Position numbers and translations under genes: made by a program. Under the pieces are notes generated by a model. That model was given only the letters and a program-made list of their open reading frames with translations, was not told the DNA's origin and searched no databases. From an uncultured Terriglobus sp. (GTDB lineage: Bacteria; Acidobacteriota; Terriglobia; Terriglobales; Acidobacteriaceae): a stretch of DNA of 64,000 nt. This document shows, piece by piece, positions 10,591-20,423 of this stretch. Positions within the stretch are counted from its first letter, which is position 1; every line of letters starts with the position of its first letter. The stretch lies in NCBI GenBank assembly GCA_964242065.1, contig CAXTBQ010000002.1:22697-86696 (forward strand), written 5' to 3'.

Positions 10591-10620
10591 AAAAGGCACG
10601 GGCCTGGTCCGTGCTTTTTG
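10591..10620 (+). terminator. Intrinsic terminator after rpsT
   Basis: aaaaggcacgggc-ctg-gtccgtgctttttg. Confidence 0.75.
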
Positions 10621-10671
10621 CGTTTTCACCGTATGCCCCGGCCTTCCTGTAGCTTAGCTTAGAGCGACGGC

Positions 10672-12672
10672 ATGTTACCTACCGACCCGGTCAATCTTCC
10701 TCCACGCCAACAGCTTGCCTCACGGGAAGAGAAGATTTCTTCCGGCAAGTTGGCCGCGACGCAGTACGTCATTGCGGCGGTGCTGCTGGTATTGCTTACC
10801 GGGCTGTGGCGGCTGCAGGTTCTGGGAGCCAGTAACTACCGTGTGCTGGCGGAAGCCAACCGGGTGCGCAAGGTGCCCATCCTCGCACCGCGTGGACGGC
10901 TGTTCGACCGGGAAGGCCGTCTGCTGGTCGATAACTACTCGTCCGTCACGTGCTTTCTGCTGCGGGAGCAACTCCGCGACGAAGACCTCCCCATGATCGC
11001 GGATGGCCTTCATCTGCAGCCGGAGCAACTGCAGTACACGCTGCGGCACTTTCAGTTCGCGCCCAAGTACCAACCCATCCCGCTCAAGCAGGATATTACG
11101 CCGGATGAACAGGCCTTTATTGAGGCGCACCGCAACGAATTGCCGGAGCTGGAGACGCTGGAAGAGCAGAGGCGGCTTTACCCGCGCGACGGTTTTGCCT
11201 CTCACCTGATCGGCTATGTGGGTGAGATTTCCGAGCAGGACTTGAACCAGCCGAAATATGCCTTTTACGAGCCGGGCGATGTGGTGGGCAAGTCCGGCGT
11301 GGAGCAGGCGTACGACTCGCTGCTGCGCGGGCAGGACGGATCGCGCGACGTTGTGGTGAACAGTCATGGGCGCGAAGTGGGCCGCCTGGGCGAGGAACTT
11401 GCAAGGCCAGGCAAGGACTTGCGCTTGACGGTCGACCTCGACATTCAGACCGCGGCGGAACGGGCCATGGAGGGCAAGAACGGCGCCATGGTGGCCATGG
11501 ATCCGCACACGGGCGAGATCCTCGCCATGGTTTCCAGGCCAAACTTCGATCCAAACGAGTTTGCGGTGCGCCTGTCGCGTGCCTACTGGAACAAGATCAT
11601 CACCGATCCGGAGCATCCGCTGCTGAACAAAGCGATCCAGGCGCAGGTAGCGCCCGGTTCCACGTTCAAGATCATCATGTCCGTTGCTGGCCTGGAAGAA
11701 GGCGTGGCGCGCACCGAGCACGTGAGCTGCGGCGGCGGCATGGACTTCTACGGCCACTACTATCACTGCGACAAGCGGCATGGTGCGGTGGACATCGACC
11801 ACGCCATCCCGTGGTCCTGCGACGTGTTCTATTACGTGCTGGCGAACCGGCTCGGCATCGATACCATCGCGCGCTATGCCACGGCCTTGGGCCTGGGCCA
11901 GAGGACCGGGATCGACCTGCCGGAAGAAGCCAGCGGCACCATGCCATCCTCCGCCTGGAAGATGAAAACCTTCCACCAGGCGTGGTACGCGGGCGAGACG
12001 ATTTCGGTCGGCATCGGGCAGGGTGCGGTAGCGGCAACGCCGATCCAGATGGCGCGCGCGATCTCTGGCGTGGCAAGTGGCGGTGCGCTCAAGCGGCCGC
12101 ACGTGCTCTCGCCCGACCAGATTCCTGCCAGTGATCGCGAAGCCTTCCGGGAGAGCTTTCCGGGTTCTGGCGACCGGGACGTACCGCTTCATCCGGATAA
12201 CTGGCAGACCATTACCGAAGGCATGGCCGCCACCACCACCACAGGCACGGCGTATGCTTCGCACCTGGAAGGCGTGGACTTCGCGGGCAAGACTGGCACC
12301 GCGCAGGTGATGAGCCATGACGCACTTGCCCGCACGAACAAGGGCAAGAAGACGCAGCCAAACTCCTGGTTCGTCGGCATGGCTCCGCGGCGCAATCCTG
12401 ACATTGTCGTGGCCGTCCTTTGGGAAAACGGCGACTGGGGTTCCAATGCCGCGAAGCTCGCGGCGCAGGTCGTCTCAGCGTTTGTAGAGAAGCAGCGTAA
12501 GCACGAAGGGAATCTGCGCATCGAGCGGGCCAGTGTCGTTGAAAACCCGGAAGGCAGCGATCCGCAGCAGAGCACTTCGCACGACGGGAACAAAGAGCGT
12601 CCAACGGATGCAGCGGAGACGCCAACGGCTGCCCTGCCAACTGCCAGGGTCAGGGAGCAACCGGCGGGATGA
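10672..12672 (+). CDS. mrdA: Penicillin-binding protein 2
   Basis: N-terminal TM, APRGRLFDR, PGSTFK (SxxK), SCD (SxD), KTGTAQ; upstream of rodA. Confidence 0.95.
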   Translation: MLPTDPVNLPPRQQLASREEKISSGKLAATQYVIAAVLLVLLTGLWRLQVLGASNYRVLAEANRVRKVPILAPRGRLFDREGRLLVDNYSSVTCFLLREQLRDEDLPMIADGLHLQPEQLQYTLRHFQFAPKYQPIPLKQDITPDEQAFIEAHRNELPELETLEEQRRLYPRDGFASHLIGYVGEISEQDLNQPKYAFYEPGDVVGKSGVEQAYDSLLRGQDGSRDVVVNSHGREVGRLGEELARPGKDLRLTVDLDIQTAAERAMEGKNGAMVAMDPHTGEILAMVSRPNFDPNEFAVRLSRAYWNKIITDPEHPLLNKAIQAQVAPGSTFKIIMSVAGLEEGVARTEHVSCGGGMDFYGHYYHCDKRHGAVDIDHAIPWSCDVFYYVLANRLGIDTIARYATALGLGQRTGIDLPEEASGTMPSSAWKMKTFHQAWYAGETISVGIGQGAVAATPIQMARAISGVASGGALKRPHVLSPDQIPASDREAFRESFPGSGDRDVPLHPDNWQTITEGMAATTTTGTAYASHLEGVDFAGKTGTAQVMSHDALARTNKGKKTQPNSWFVGMAPRRNPDIVVAVLWENGDWGSNAAKLAAQVVSAFVEKQRKHEGNLRIERASVVENPEGSDPQQSTSHDGNKERPTDAAETPTAALPTARVREQPAG

Positions 12673-13772
12673 CACGCTTCTCATCGTTCCGTGATTTCGA
12701 CTGGATGCTGTTTTCCTTCGTAGTGCTCCTGTCAATCTTTAGCGTGGTGGAAATCTACTCCGCCACCCTGCACACCAAGTTTCACGGTTTCCACACCAAG
12801 CAACTTGAGTTCCTGGCAATCGGCATCCCGTTGATGTTCGCGATGTCGTTCGTGGATTATCACAAGCTTGTCGAGGCAGCGCATTGGGCGTACGGTGCCA
12901 GCATCCTCTCGCTGCTGGGCGTGCTGGTGGTGGGGCGCAAGGTGTTGGGTGCGCGGCGCTGGATCGGACTGCCCGACGGCGTCCACTTCCAGCCGTCGGA
13001 GTGGGTGAAGCTTGTGCTCATCCTGGCCTCCGCCCGTTTTTTCTGGGGGCTCGCCAACAAGGATGAGCTTGATTGGAAAGATATTGGCAAGGCCTTCGCT
13101 TTGGTGGGCGTGCCCATGCTCATGGTGCTGAAACAGCCGGACCTGGGTACGGCGCTTACCTACAGCCCCGTGCTCATTATCGGCCTTTTTCTTGGTGGCA
13201 TCCGTTGGCGTCACGCGCTCATCCTGGTTTCCGTTTTCGCGGTGCTGGGCTTGGGTGTGTGGAAGAGCGGCAAGGTGCTCAAGCCTTACCAGAAGGCGCG
13301 GTTGACCAGCTTCACGCATCCTGAGGACGATCCAAGGGGCAAGGGCTACCAGGTTCAGCAATCGCTGATCGCGGTCGGGTCCGGCGGCATTTGGGGTAAA
13401 GGTGCAACCAAGGGTACGCAGACCCAGGGCGACTTCCTGCCCATCCCGTATACCGACTTCATCTTTGCCGCGTTATGCGAGGAGCACGGCTTTGTAGGTG
13501 CCGCGCTGATCCTCCTTCTGTATTTCCTGCTTTTGATGCGATTGGTGCAGAACGCTCAGATAGCAAAAGACATGCCCGGTACGCTACTGGTAATGGGCGT
13601 GGCTGGAGTGATGCTCTTCCAGATTGCCGTCAACATCGGGATGGTAGCGGGCATGATGCCGGTCACGGGCATTCCGCTGCCTCTGCTCTCCTATGGCGGA
13701 TCGTCGGTGTTGTTCACGTTCCTGGCGCTCGGCATGGTGATGAACGTGCGGATGAGCCGGTTCGTCAATTAG
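12669..13772 (+). CDS. rodA: Rod shape-determining SEDS glycosyltransferase RodA
   Basis: GARRWI, FQPSEWVK, QPDLGTA, TDFIF, PVTGIPLPLLSYGGSS. Confidence 0.95.
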   Translation: MTRFSSFRDFDWMLFSFVVLLSIFSVVEIYSATLHTKFHGFHTKQLEFLAIGIPLMFAMSFVDYHKLVEAAHWAYGASILSLLGVLVVGRKVLGARRWIGLPDGVHFQPSEWVKLVLILASARFFWGLANKDELDWKDIGKAFALVGVPMLMVLKQPDLGTALTYSPVLIIGLFLGGIRWRHALILVSVFAVLGLGVWKSGKVLKPYQKARLTSFTHPEDDPRGKGYQVQQSLIAVGSGGIWGKGATKGTQTQGDFLPIPYTDFIFAALCEEHGFVGAALILLLYFLLLMRLVQNAQIAKDMPGTLLVMGVAGVMLFQIAVNIGMVAGMMPVTGIPLPLLSYGGSSVLFTFLALGMVMNVRMSRFVN

Positions 13773-14273
13773 CACTGACTGGACCGGGAACACTCCTTGG
13801 TGCACAATAGGTCCAGTCGCACCCACGGCACTCTTTCGTGCTGGTACGGGCGCATAGTTCGCCGCTCAAGCCGTGCGCACAGGTCGCCGGAGCGGCTAGA
13901 CAAGTTTTGTAAGAACATCACAGTCGCAGGCAAAAGGCCTTAGGTCAGCCGCAACTGGGTTAGAGACTGAAGAGAGCAGTACCGGACGGCAAACGGCCCC
14001 GCCCTGACAGGGCATGAGCGGTCACAAATCCGGAGCTACTTGGAACGAGGGGCCAGACGCATGCAGCACCCGATGCACTCAGCGACACAGCCAGCCAGAA
14101 GGCGCACTGCGCCTCCCGGCTGGCTGCCGTGCTCGTGCAGTGCAGCGGTCTGCGATCGTCTCCTTTCGTCAGATTCTTCCCACGCGCGGTCCACGGTTTA
14201 GCGCAGCTCTTCAGCGTTATCCGTTCCTGATCCGCAAGCCCTTTGCTCCTGTGACAGGAACAGGCAGGGCACC

Positions 14274-17200
14274 ATGTCGAAGGAAATCTATATCTCAACA
14301 ACGCCGCACGAGACGCGGCTCGCCATCGTCGAAGATGAACAACTGGCGGAAATCTACTACGAGCGCGAGAACGAATACACGCTCGCTGGCTCCATCTACA
14401 ACGGTCGTGTTACCCGCGTGCTCCCCGGCATGCAGTCCTCGTTTGTCGATATCGGACTCGAGCGCGACGCATTTCTCTATGTCACGGATTTCCTGGAAGA
14501 ACAGGGCGAGGCTGCCGATTTCGAGGCGGACAACGGTCGCCGGAGCTCGGGTCAGGGTCAGCCGGAGCCGGGCCGCAACCGTGGCGACCGCGACGAGCAG
14601 AGCCGTACTGCTCGGCCTGAGCGCCTTGAGAGTAGGAGCACGAAGCAGATCACCAGCGCGGACAGTACGCTGTCGTTTGACGAGCCCATCGCTCCGACGC
14701 CGAAGGACGAGACCGATGGTGACGGCCTGAATACGGATGGCAGCGAAAATGCCGGAAGTCGTCGCTGGCGGGGCCGTCGTGGACGCCGCCGTGGCAGGAC
14801 TCAAAAGGACGAACAGCCAACCTCGCCGATCGAAACAGAATCGTCAAATGCTGAGTCCGGGACGGCGTTCGAGGATGAAGAAGCCGAAAACGTGGGCGGG
14901 CTGAAAGCATCTGCCGGCGAAGGCATTCCCATCGATCTCACCGAAGAAGCCAATGCGCCCGATGCACGACGGGATAACCGTGGGCGCAATCGCCGTGGCC
15001 GTGGCGGCCGAGATCGTCACCCCCGGCAAGCGATCGCTTCGGAAGCGCCATCGTACGACAACAGCTATGCGGGTTACGGCTCGCAACCAGAAGCAGCCGA
15101 AGGATTCAGTGAGGCGATCGTGCTTCCCGGTGAGTCGATCCGGAAATACCGAGATCCTGAGGAACTCGCCGCAGAAGAAGTGGAAGCGCAGCGAAACGCA
15201 CCACCCAGGGCGGAAGTAGTCCGGGCAGTAACACCAGCAATCGAAATAGTCGGCTGGGATGGCGGTGCCATTCTGCCGGGCGAGACGTTGAGCAGGCGTG
15301 GCAATCGCCGCGGCGCAAGTGAAGTAGACAGCCAAATCGTCAGGGCGGAGCCTCGGCGCTCGCAAAGTGAGTTTGTCTCTACACAGCCAAGCCAAGCTGC
15401 CGAGAGTGAGCCTGTCGCGCTCGAAACGATGCAAACCGCGGCACAGGAGCCCTCTGCCCCTCAACCAGCAGAGTCAGCCGTTGATCTAAACGGCGTGAAC
15501 GAGTCCGCGGAAGTCAGTGCAGAGGAGCAGGAGTATGAGCCTGCAGAAGGCGCAACCGCGTCCGTTAGCGACAGCGGCCGCCGTGAACTTCGTCGTTTGG
15601 AGCAGGTGAGCGGGCCAAAGGAGCCTGCCAGAACGCCAGAAACGGCTTCAGAACGAACGGAAGAGGCAGTCGGCATCGAACCTGACCCGACTACCTATGA
15701 TCTGCGCCCCGAAGCGGACATCCCTGTGACGTCAGCCGAAGACGAGGACGAGCAGCCAATTCCTGCAGCAGAGTTCACCAGCGTTCACGCAGATGGAAAC
15801 ATGGTCTCGCTTGCAGGCGCAGACACGGCTCACCCGGAGTTGCCGGAACAGAATGATCTTGAGCCTGCGGGACCGATCGGCGACAACGCAGTAGCCGAGC
15901 ACCACGGCGCGCCCGCCGAGGTCCTTTCGGAAGCGAACTCCGAGGTCCTGGAGGGTAGCCCTTCAGAAATCCATGCCTACGGCGATGGCGACTTCTATGA
16001 AGAGGAGATCGACGAGGAAATTGATGGGGAGGATGCTACTTACTCCGTCGAGCTCTCGAGCGTGGAAGACGGCGACGAGGAGTATGAGGAGGAAACGCTG
16101 GAAGAGGCCGGGTACATGGACTCGGAACTGCTCTCCAGCCGCGGTGAGTTCTTTCTCTCAGACGAGGAAGACGCCGGCGACGCAGTAGCCGTCGCGGAAG
16201 ACGAACCTGACAACTCCGTGGAAGATGCAGCGGTTGAGGACGACGCGGAGGAGGAAACTGCCGGTCCGTCGATCCTGGAGACTCGCACCGCTTCCCGCCA
16301 GCATCGTGACTCGAGCCGGCGTCATGACCGTGATCGCCGCGGCGGCCGCAATGCTGGCGACCGTGGTCGCAACGGCCGCCGGCCCAGTATGCAGACAATG
16401 GATCTGCCCGCGATCAACGAACTGCTCAAGCCGGGGCAGGAGATTCTCGTTCAGATTGCGAAGGAGCCGATCGCAAAGAAGGGCGCTAGAATTACGTCAC
16501 ACATCGCGCTGCCCGGTCGCTTCCTTGTGTTTATGCCCACGGTCCACCACACGGGTGTCTCACGCAAGATTTCGTCCGATGAAGAGCGCCGCCGCCTGAA
16601 GCAGGTGTTGCTTTCAGAGAAGGGAGACGCGCAGGGCGGCTTTATCGTCCGTACGGCTGCGGATGGCGCAAGCGAGGAGGAACTACGGAACGACCTTCGT
16701 TTTCTCATCCAGATGTGGACCGACATCAAGATGCGGTCAGAAGCCTCGAAGTCTCCCGCGCTGATTTACCACGATCTCAATCTGGTGGAGCGCATCTTGC
16801 GGGACCAGGTGACGGATAACTTCTCGGCCATCTGGGTGGATACGGAGCAGGAGTACGAGCGCGTTCTGCGCTTTCTGCAGCGTTTCCAGCCTTCGCTGGT
16901 ACGCCGCGTGAAGCTGTACACCAAGGAAACGCCGCTGTTCGAGCACTTTGGCGTAACCGCGGAAATCGACAAGGCTCTCAAGTCCAAGGTGTGGCTCAAG
17001 TCCGGCGGCTCCATCGTCATCAACCAGACTGAGGCGCTGGTGGCAATCGACATCAACACCGGCAAATACGTCGGCAAGACGGCGCGGCTGGAAGACACCA
17101 TTCTGAAGACCAACCTGGATGCCATCCCGGAGATTGTCCGGCAGATCCGCCTGCGCGACCTGGGCGGCATCATCGTAATCGACTTCATCGACATGGATGA

Positions 17201-17606
17201 GCGCAAAAATCGCGCCAAGGTAATGCAGGCGCTCGAAGATGCCATGCGGGCGGATCGTGCGCCATCGAAGATCCTGCCGTTCAACGATTTCGGCCTGGTC
17301 ATCATGACGCGCAAGCGGGTGAAGCAGTCGCTGGAGCGCACCCTCTGCATCCCGGACCCAGTCACCGAGGGTACTGGCATGATCAAGTCGCCCGTGACCA
17401 TCGCGAACGAAATCTATGTAGAAATGCGCAAGATGTACCGGCACTTCGAGAAGAGCGATGTCATGCTGCGTGTGCATCCTGAGGTGGTTAAGACGCTGAA
17501 GGCAAACGGCGGCAAGCGCCTGCAGGAACTGGAAGACATGACGCGTAAGACGATCCTGGTGAAGAGCGATCCCACGCTCAGCCCGGAAGCATTCGACGTT
17601 CATTAG
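14274..17606 (+). CDS. rne: Rne/Rng-family ribonuclease with a very large low-complexity insertion in the S1 domain
   Basis: GSIYNGRVTRVLPGMQSSFVDIG, then about 640 aa acidic/Arg-rich, then GQEILVQIAKEPIAKKGARIT, AIDINTG, RQIRLRDLGGIIVIDFIDM. Confidence 0.9.
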   Translation: MSKEIYISTTPHETRLAIVEDEQLAEIYYERENEYTLAGSIYNGRVTRVLPGMQSSFVDIGLERDAFLYVTDFLEEQGEAADFEADNGRRSSGQGQPEPGRNRGDRDEQSRTARPERLESRSTKQITSADSTLSFDEPIAPTPKDETDGDGLNTDGSENAGSRRWRGRRGRRRGRTQKDEQPTSPIETESSNAESGTAFEDEEAENVGGLKASAGEGIPIDLTEEANAPDARRDNRGRNRRGRGGRDRHPRQAIASEAPSYDNSYAGYGSQPEAAEGFSEAIVLPGESIRKYRDPEELAAEEVEAQRNAPPRAEVVRAVTPAIEIVGWDGGAILPGETLSRRGNRRGASEVDSQIVRAEPRRSQSEFVSTQPSQAAESEPVALETMQTAAQEPSAPQPAESAVDLNGVNESAEVSAEEQEYEPAEGATASVSDSGRRELRRLEQVSGPKEPARTPETASERTEEAVGIEPDPTTYDLRPEADIPVTSAEDEDEQPIPAAEFTSVHADGNMVSLAGADTAHPELPEQNDLEPAGPIGDNAVAEHHGAPAEVLSEANSEVLEGSPSEIHAYGDGDFYEEEIDEEIDGEDATYSVELSSVEDGDEEYEEETLEEAGYMDSELLSSRGEFFLSDEEDAGDAVAVAEDEPDNSVEDAAVEDDAEEETAGPSILETRTASRQHRDSSRRHDRDRRGGRNAGDRGRNGRRPSMQTMDLPAINELLKPGQEILVQIAKEPIAKKGARITSHIALPGRFLVFMPTVHHTGVSRKISSDEERRRLKQVLLSEKGDAQGGFIVRTAADGASEEELRNDLRFLIQMWTDIKMRSEASKSPALIYHDLNLVERILRDQVTDNFSAIWVDTEQEYERVLRFLQRFQPSLVRRVKLYTKETPLFEHFGVTAEIDKALKSKVWLKSGGSIVINQTEALVAIDINTGKYVGKTARLEDTILKTNLDAIPEIVRQIRLRDLGGIIVIDFIDMDERKNRAKVMQALEDAMRADRAPSKILPFNDFGLVIMTRKRVKQSLERTLCIPDPVTEGTGMIKSPVTIANEIYVEMRKMYRHFEKSDVMLRVHPEVVKTLKANGGKRLQELEDMTRKTILVKSDPTLSPEAFDVH

Positions 17607-17763
17607 GCGGGTGGCAGGCGGTGGTGATTCGCGCCCTGCCACACCAGCCACAATCAAGGCGCAGAACGGCGGTTACCGCAATCACCCCGCCGGCGTCACA
17701 CAACTTATTCAGGGGCGGTGTGTTCTCAGCAGTACCGCCGTTTGCGTAGGAGTATCTAAACTT

Positions 17764-18747
17764 ATGAGTTCCAGCTTCAATAACTCGGTTGTGCGGACCT
17801 GCTTTGTTGTGGCAGCACTTGCGTTCTCGCCCATGCTTCGCGCAGACGAAGCCAAGTCTTCAGCAGCCATCACGGGGGCAACGTGGCTTTCAGCGAACGC
17901 CGGGATCACCGATGCTACCCGCGATTTTCGGTATCGGCCGGCAGGTGTCAGCAGCAGCGAAGACAATACGGCAGCAGGTGATCCGTCAGCTGCTATCAGT
18001 ACCGAGCGGGAGAGCCTTGGAGACAGTGCCGCGCAGCCGGCACCGGGACGCCGCCGCAGCTATGGTCGTTCGCGTTACCAGGACCGAATGCACAACGCAG
18101 ACGGGTCCAGCAAGATCGCCTTCATGGCAGGTGCCGGCCTGAACCTGCCCACAGGCAACACCGTCAAGTTCTACACGCCGAGCTACGATGTGGCCGTTGG
18201 TGCCGGACTCAACTTCAGCCGTATGTTCGGTGTCCTGGGCGAGTTCCACTACGACCACATGGGCGTGACGAGCGGGGCAATCAATACCGAGTACAACAAC
18301 CTGCTCGCGTACCTGGCACCGTACGGCTACACGTCGAGCGATCTTGCCGGCTTCGACGCGAACGCCCATGTGCTGTCTGTAACGGTTGATCCTGTCATTA
18401 ACTTCGCGGATCGCAACAGCAAGCTGGGCGCATATGTCACGGGCGGTCTGGGCTACTACCGCAAGACGACGAACTTCACCCTGCCGTCCGCGCAAACGGG
18501 TTGCTCGTACTATTACTGCGGCACGTTCTACACCACGTATAACTTCGATTCGGCCACTGCCAACGCGTTCGGCTACAACGTAGGCTTCGGGCTAACCTAC
18601 AAATTGTCAGAATTCTCCAGCGAACGGCTTTTTGTAGACGCACGCTACCACTGGATTCCGATCTCCAGCAACAACAACCCGGACTTCTTCCCCTACAACC
18701 GGCGGAACACGGGTATTCTGCCGGTGATGGTGGGCATCCGTTTCTAA
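17764..18747 (+). CDS. Outer-membrane beta-barrel protein (OmpA-like membrane domain)
   Basis: Signal peptide, alternating amphipathic strands (GAYVTGGLGYY, FVDARYHW), C-terminal VGIRF. ATG follows AGGAG. Confidence 0.8.
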   Translation: MSSSFNNSVVRTCFVVAALAFSPMLRADEAKSSAAITGATWLSANAGITDATRDFRYRPAGVSSSEDNTAAGDPSAAISTERESLGDSAAQPAPGRRRSYGRSRYQDRMHNADGSSKIAFMAGAGLNLPTGNTVKFYTPSYDVAVGAGLNFSRMFGVLGEFHYDHMGVTSGAINTEYNNLLAYLAPYGYTSSDLAGFDANAHVLSVTVDPVINFADRNSKLGAYVTGGLGYYRKTTNFTLPSAQTGCSYYYCGTFYTTYNFDSATANAFGYNVGFGLTYKLSEFSSERLFVDARYHWIPISSNNNPDFFPYNRRNTGILPVMVGIRF

Positions 18748-18764
18748 CTGTCTCCAGCAGACTA

Positions 18765-18800
18765 GGGGTCGCATCCGCTTGGATGCGACCCCCAATTCTT
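18765..18800 (+). terminator. Intrinsic terminator
   Basis: ggggtcgcatcc-gctt-ggatgcgacccc, perfect 12-bp stem. Confidence 0.75.
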
Positions 18801-18916
18801 ATCGCTCTGTTTGCCGCACGGGTTCCCAGAGAGGTTCCACCGGGACGTGGCGCGGCACGACACCCGGCCTGCGGCTAAGGTGAAGAGAGCTGTACTGCAG
18901 CCGCTGAGGACTTCTG

Positions 18917-20314
18917 TTGTTGTTGCGCCGTTTCGTTTGCCCTGGTCTATGCTTCGTTGCCGCTCTCCACGCCGCGGCACAGGATCGTGCTCCGTTGCAA
19001 ACGGCGGATGCGCTGGCGCGGAGGATCTTTGAGCGCACCGCGTCCACGGGCATGGTGGTTGCCGTCGTCCGCGATGGAGAAGTCTGGACCAACGGGTACG
19101 GGCGTGTTGCACCTGGATCTGACCAGACGCCGCAAGCCAATTCGCTGGTGCGGCTGTGCTCCATTACGAAGATTCTCGCCACGGACCTACTGGCCAAGCT
19201 GGTCGTCCAGAAGACCGTCGAGTTTGACGATCCGCTGCAGAAGTTTGCGCCCGCAGGCGTAACAGTTCCCACTCTCACGGAACATGGTCCGGCGCGCAGA
19301 CCGGTGAACCTGGGTGACCTGGCAACGCATACAGCCGGTATGCCACGCGAAATAGCCTATCCGCCGGCAGGTGCGGCGCACTTCACCTTCCCGGATTACG
19401 ACTTTCGCTGGCAGTGGCTGCCCCGGTTCCGGCTACGTACTTCGCCGGGCGATGCGGCGCACTACTCCAACATCGGTTTCGATCTTCTGGCGGACGCCCT
19501 CAGCAAAGCGTCCGGCAAGAGCTATGCGCAGCTCTTTCATGACCGCACAGCGCAGCCGCTGGGCATGGCCGACACTACGCTGGACCCCACGCCTGAGCAG
19601 TGCACCCGGCTGATGTCCGGCCCCCGCGAGCCCTCACAGTGCACCCGTACCGAAGCCGCGGCGGGTTCCGGCGGTATGTACTCCACTGCCACCGACATGG
19701 CTCGCTTTCTGAAGTACCTGCTGTACCTGCCCGGTGTGCCGGTGCACCAGAATGGCTGGTCCACCGGTATGTACCTCATTCCGGAAACGCTGCGGTCTGT
19801 GCAAGGGCTAGGTCACGCGGGCGTTCCCAATGGCATCGGCATCGGATGGATCGAGATCAACAAGCAGTACGGCGAGTCTCGCATCGTTGAGAAGACCGGC
19901 GGGGGCGCGGGCTTCCAGACGTACATCGCGCTCAATCCCGCGCGCCACGCCGGCATCTTCATCGCGCGCACAGAAGGCCGCCGCGGCGGCGGAGCCAATA
20001 TGTTTCGCGAGGCAAATGACCTGCTCCTCACCATGGTGAACCTGCCGCCGGTTCCGGTCGATCCAGAGGATCCCGAGCGGGAGCGAACCGCGGAGGAACT
20101 CAAGAGCGGTCGCCGCTTCATCCGCGGCAAAGCTCTGCGGGCAGGATCTCCCGCACGGATTCGGGCCATGCGGTCCGGAAGGCAGCTGCCCGAGGGGCGT
20201 CGGACCGCGCCACTTCCTCACGCATCTGCACCTCGCGTTGCCACAAACGGCCGGACGACTGCGCACTCCACAGGCACAAAGGCGCACCGAGCGCTGCACA
20301 ACTCCAGGCGGTAG
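18917..20314 (+). CDS. AmpH-like serine D-Ala-D-Ala carboxypeptidase/endopeptidase (beta-lactamase family)
   Basis: CSITK (SxxK), LATHTAG, YSN, KTG; signal peptide; basic C-terminal tail. Confidence 0.85.
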   Translation: MLLRRFVCPGLCFVAALHAAAQDRAPLQTADALARRIFERTASTGMVVAVVRDGEVWTNGYGRVAPGSDQTPQANSLVRLCSITKILATDLLAKLVVQKTVEFDDPLQKFAPAGVTVPTLTEHGPARRPVNLGDLATHTAGMPREIAYPPAGAAHFTFPDYDFRWQWLPRFRLRTSPGDAAHYSNIGFDLLADALSKASGKSYAQLFHDRTAQPLGMADTTLDPTPEQCTRLMSGPREPSQCTRTEAAAGSGGMYSTATDMARFLKYLLYLPGVPVHQNGWSTGMYLIPETLRSVQGLGHAGVPNGIGIGWIEINKQYGESRIVEKTGGGAGFQTYIALNPARHAGIFIARTEGRRGGGANMFREANDLLLTMVNLPPVPVDPEDPERERTAEELKSGRRFIRGKALRAGSPARIRAMRSGRQLPEGRRTAPLPHASAPRVATNGRTTAHSTGTKAHRALHNSRR

Positions 20315-20423
20315 AACCGCCGGCTTCCCGCTTAACGCCGCTTGACGGGATAGCGGGGTAGTCGTACCGTGGCTCCATCCAGGAACAAGGAAAGCACTGT
20401 GTTCGGACGAGCGGCCACGCGCC

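Noticed and set aside
10720-12318. Long antisense ORFs (532 aa here; also 3720-4904, 22887-24236, 54341-55453 and others)
   Set aside because: They are shadows of well-supported genes on the opposite strand in high-GC DNA and have no motifs of their own.
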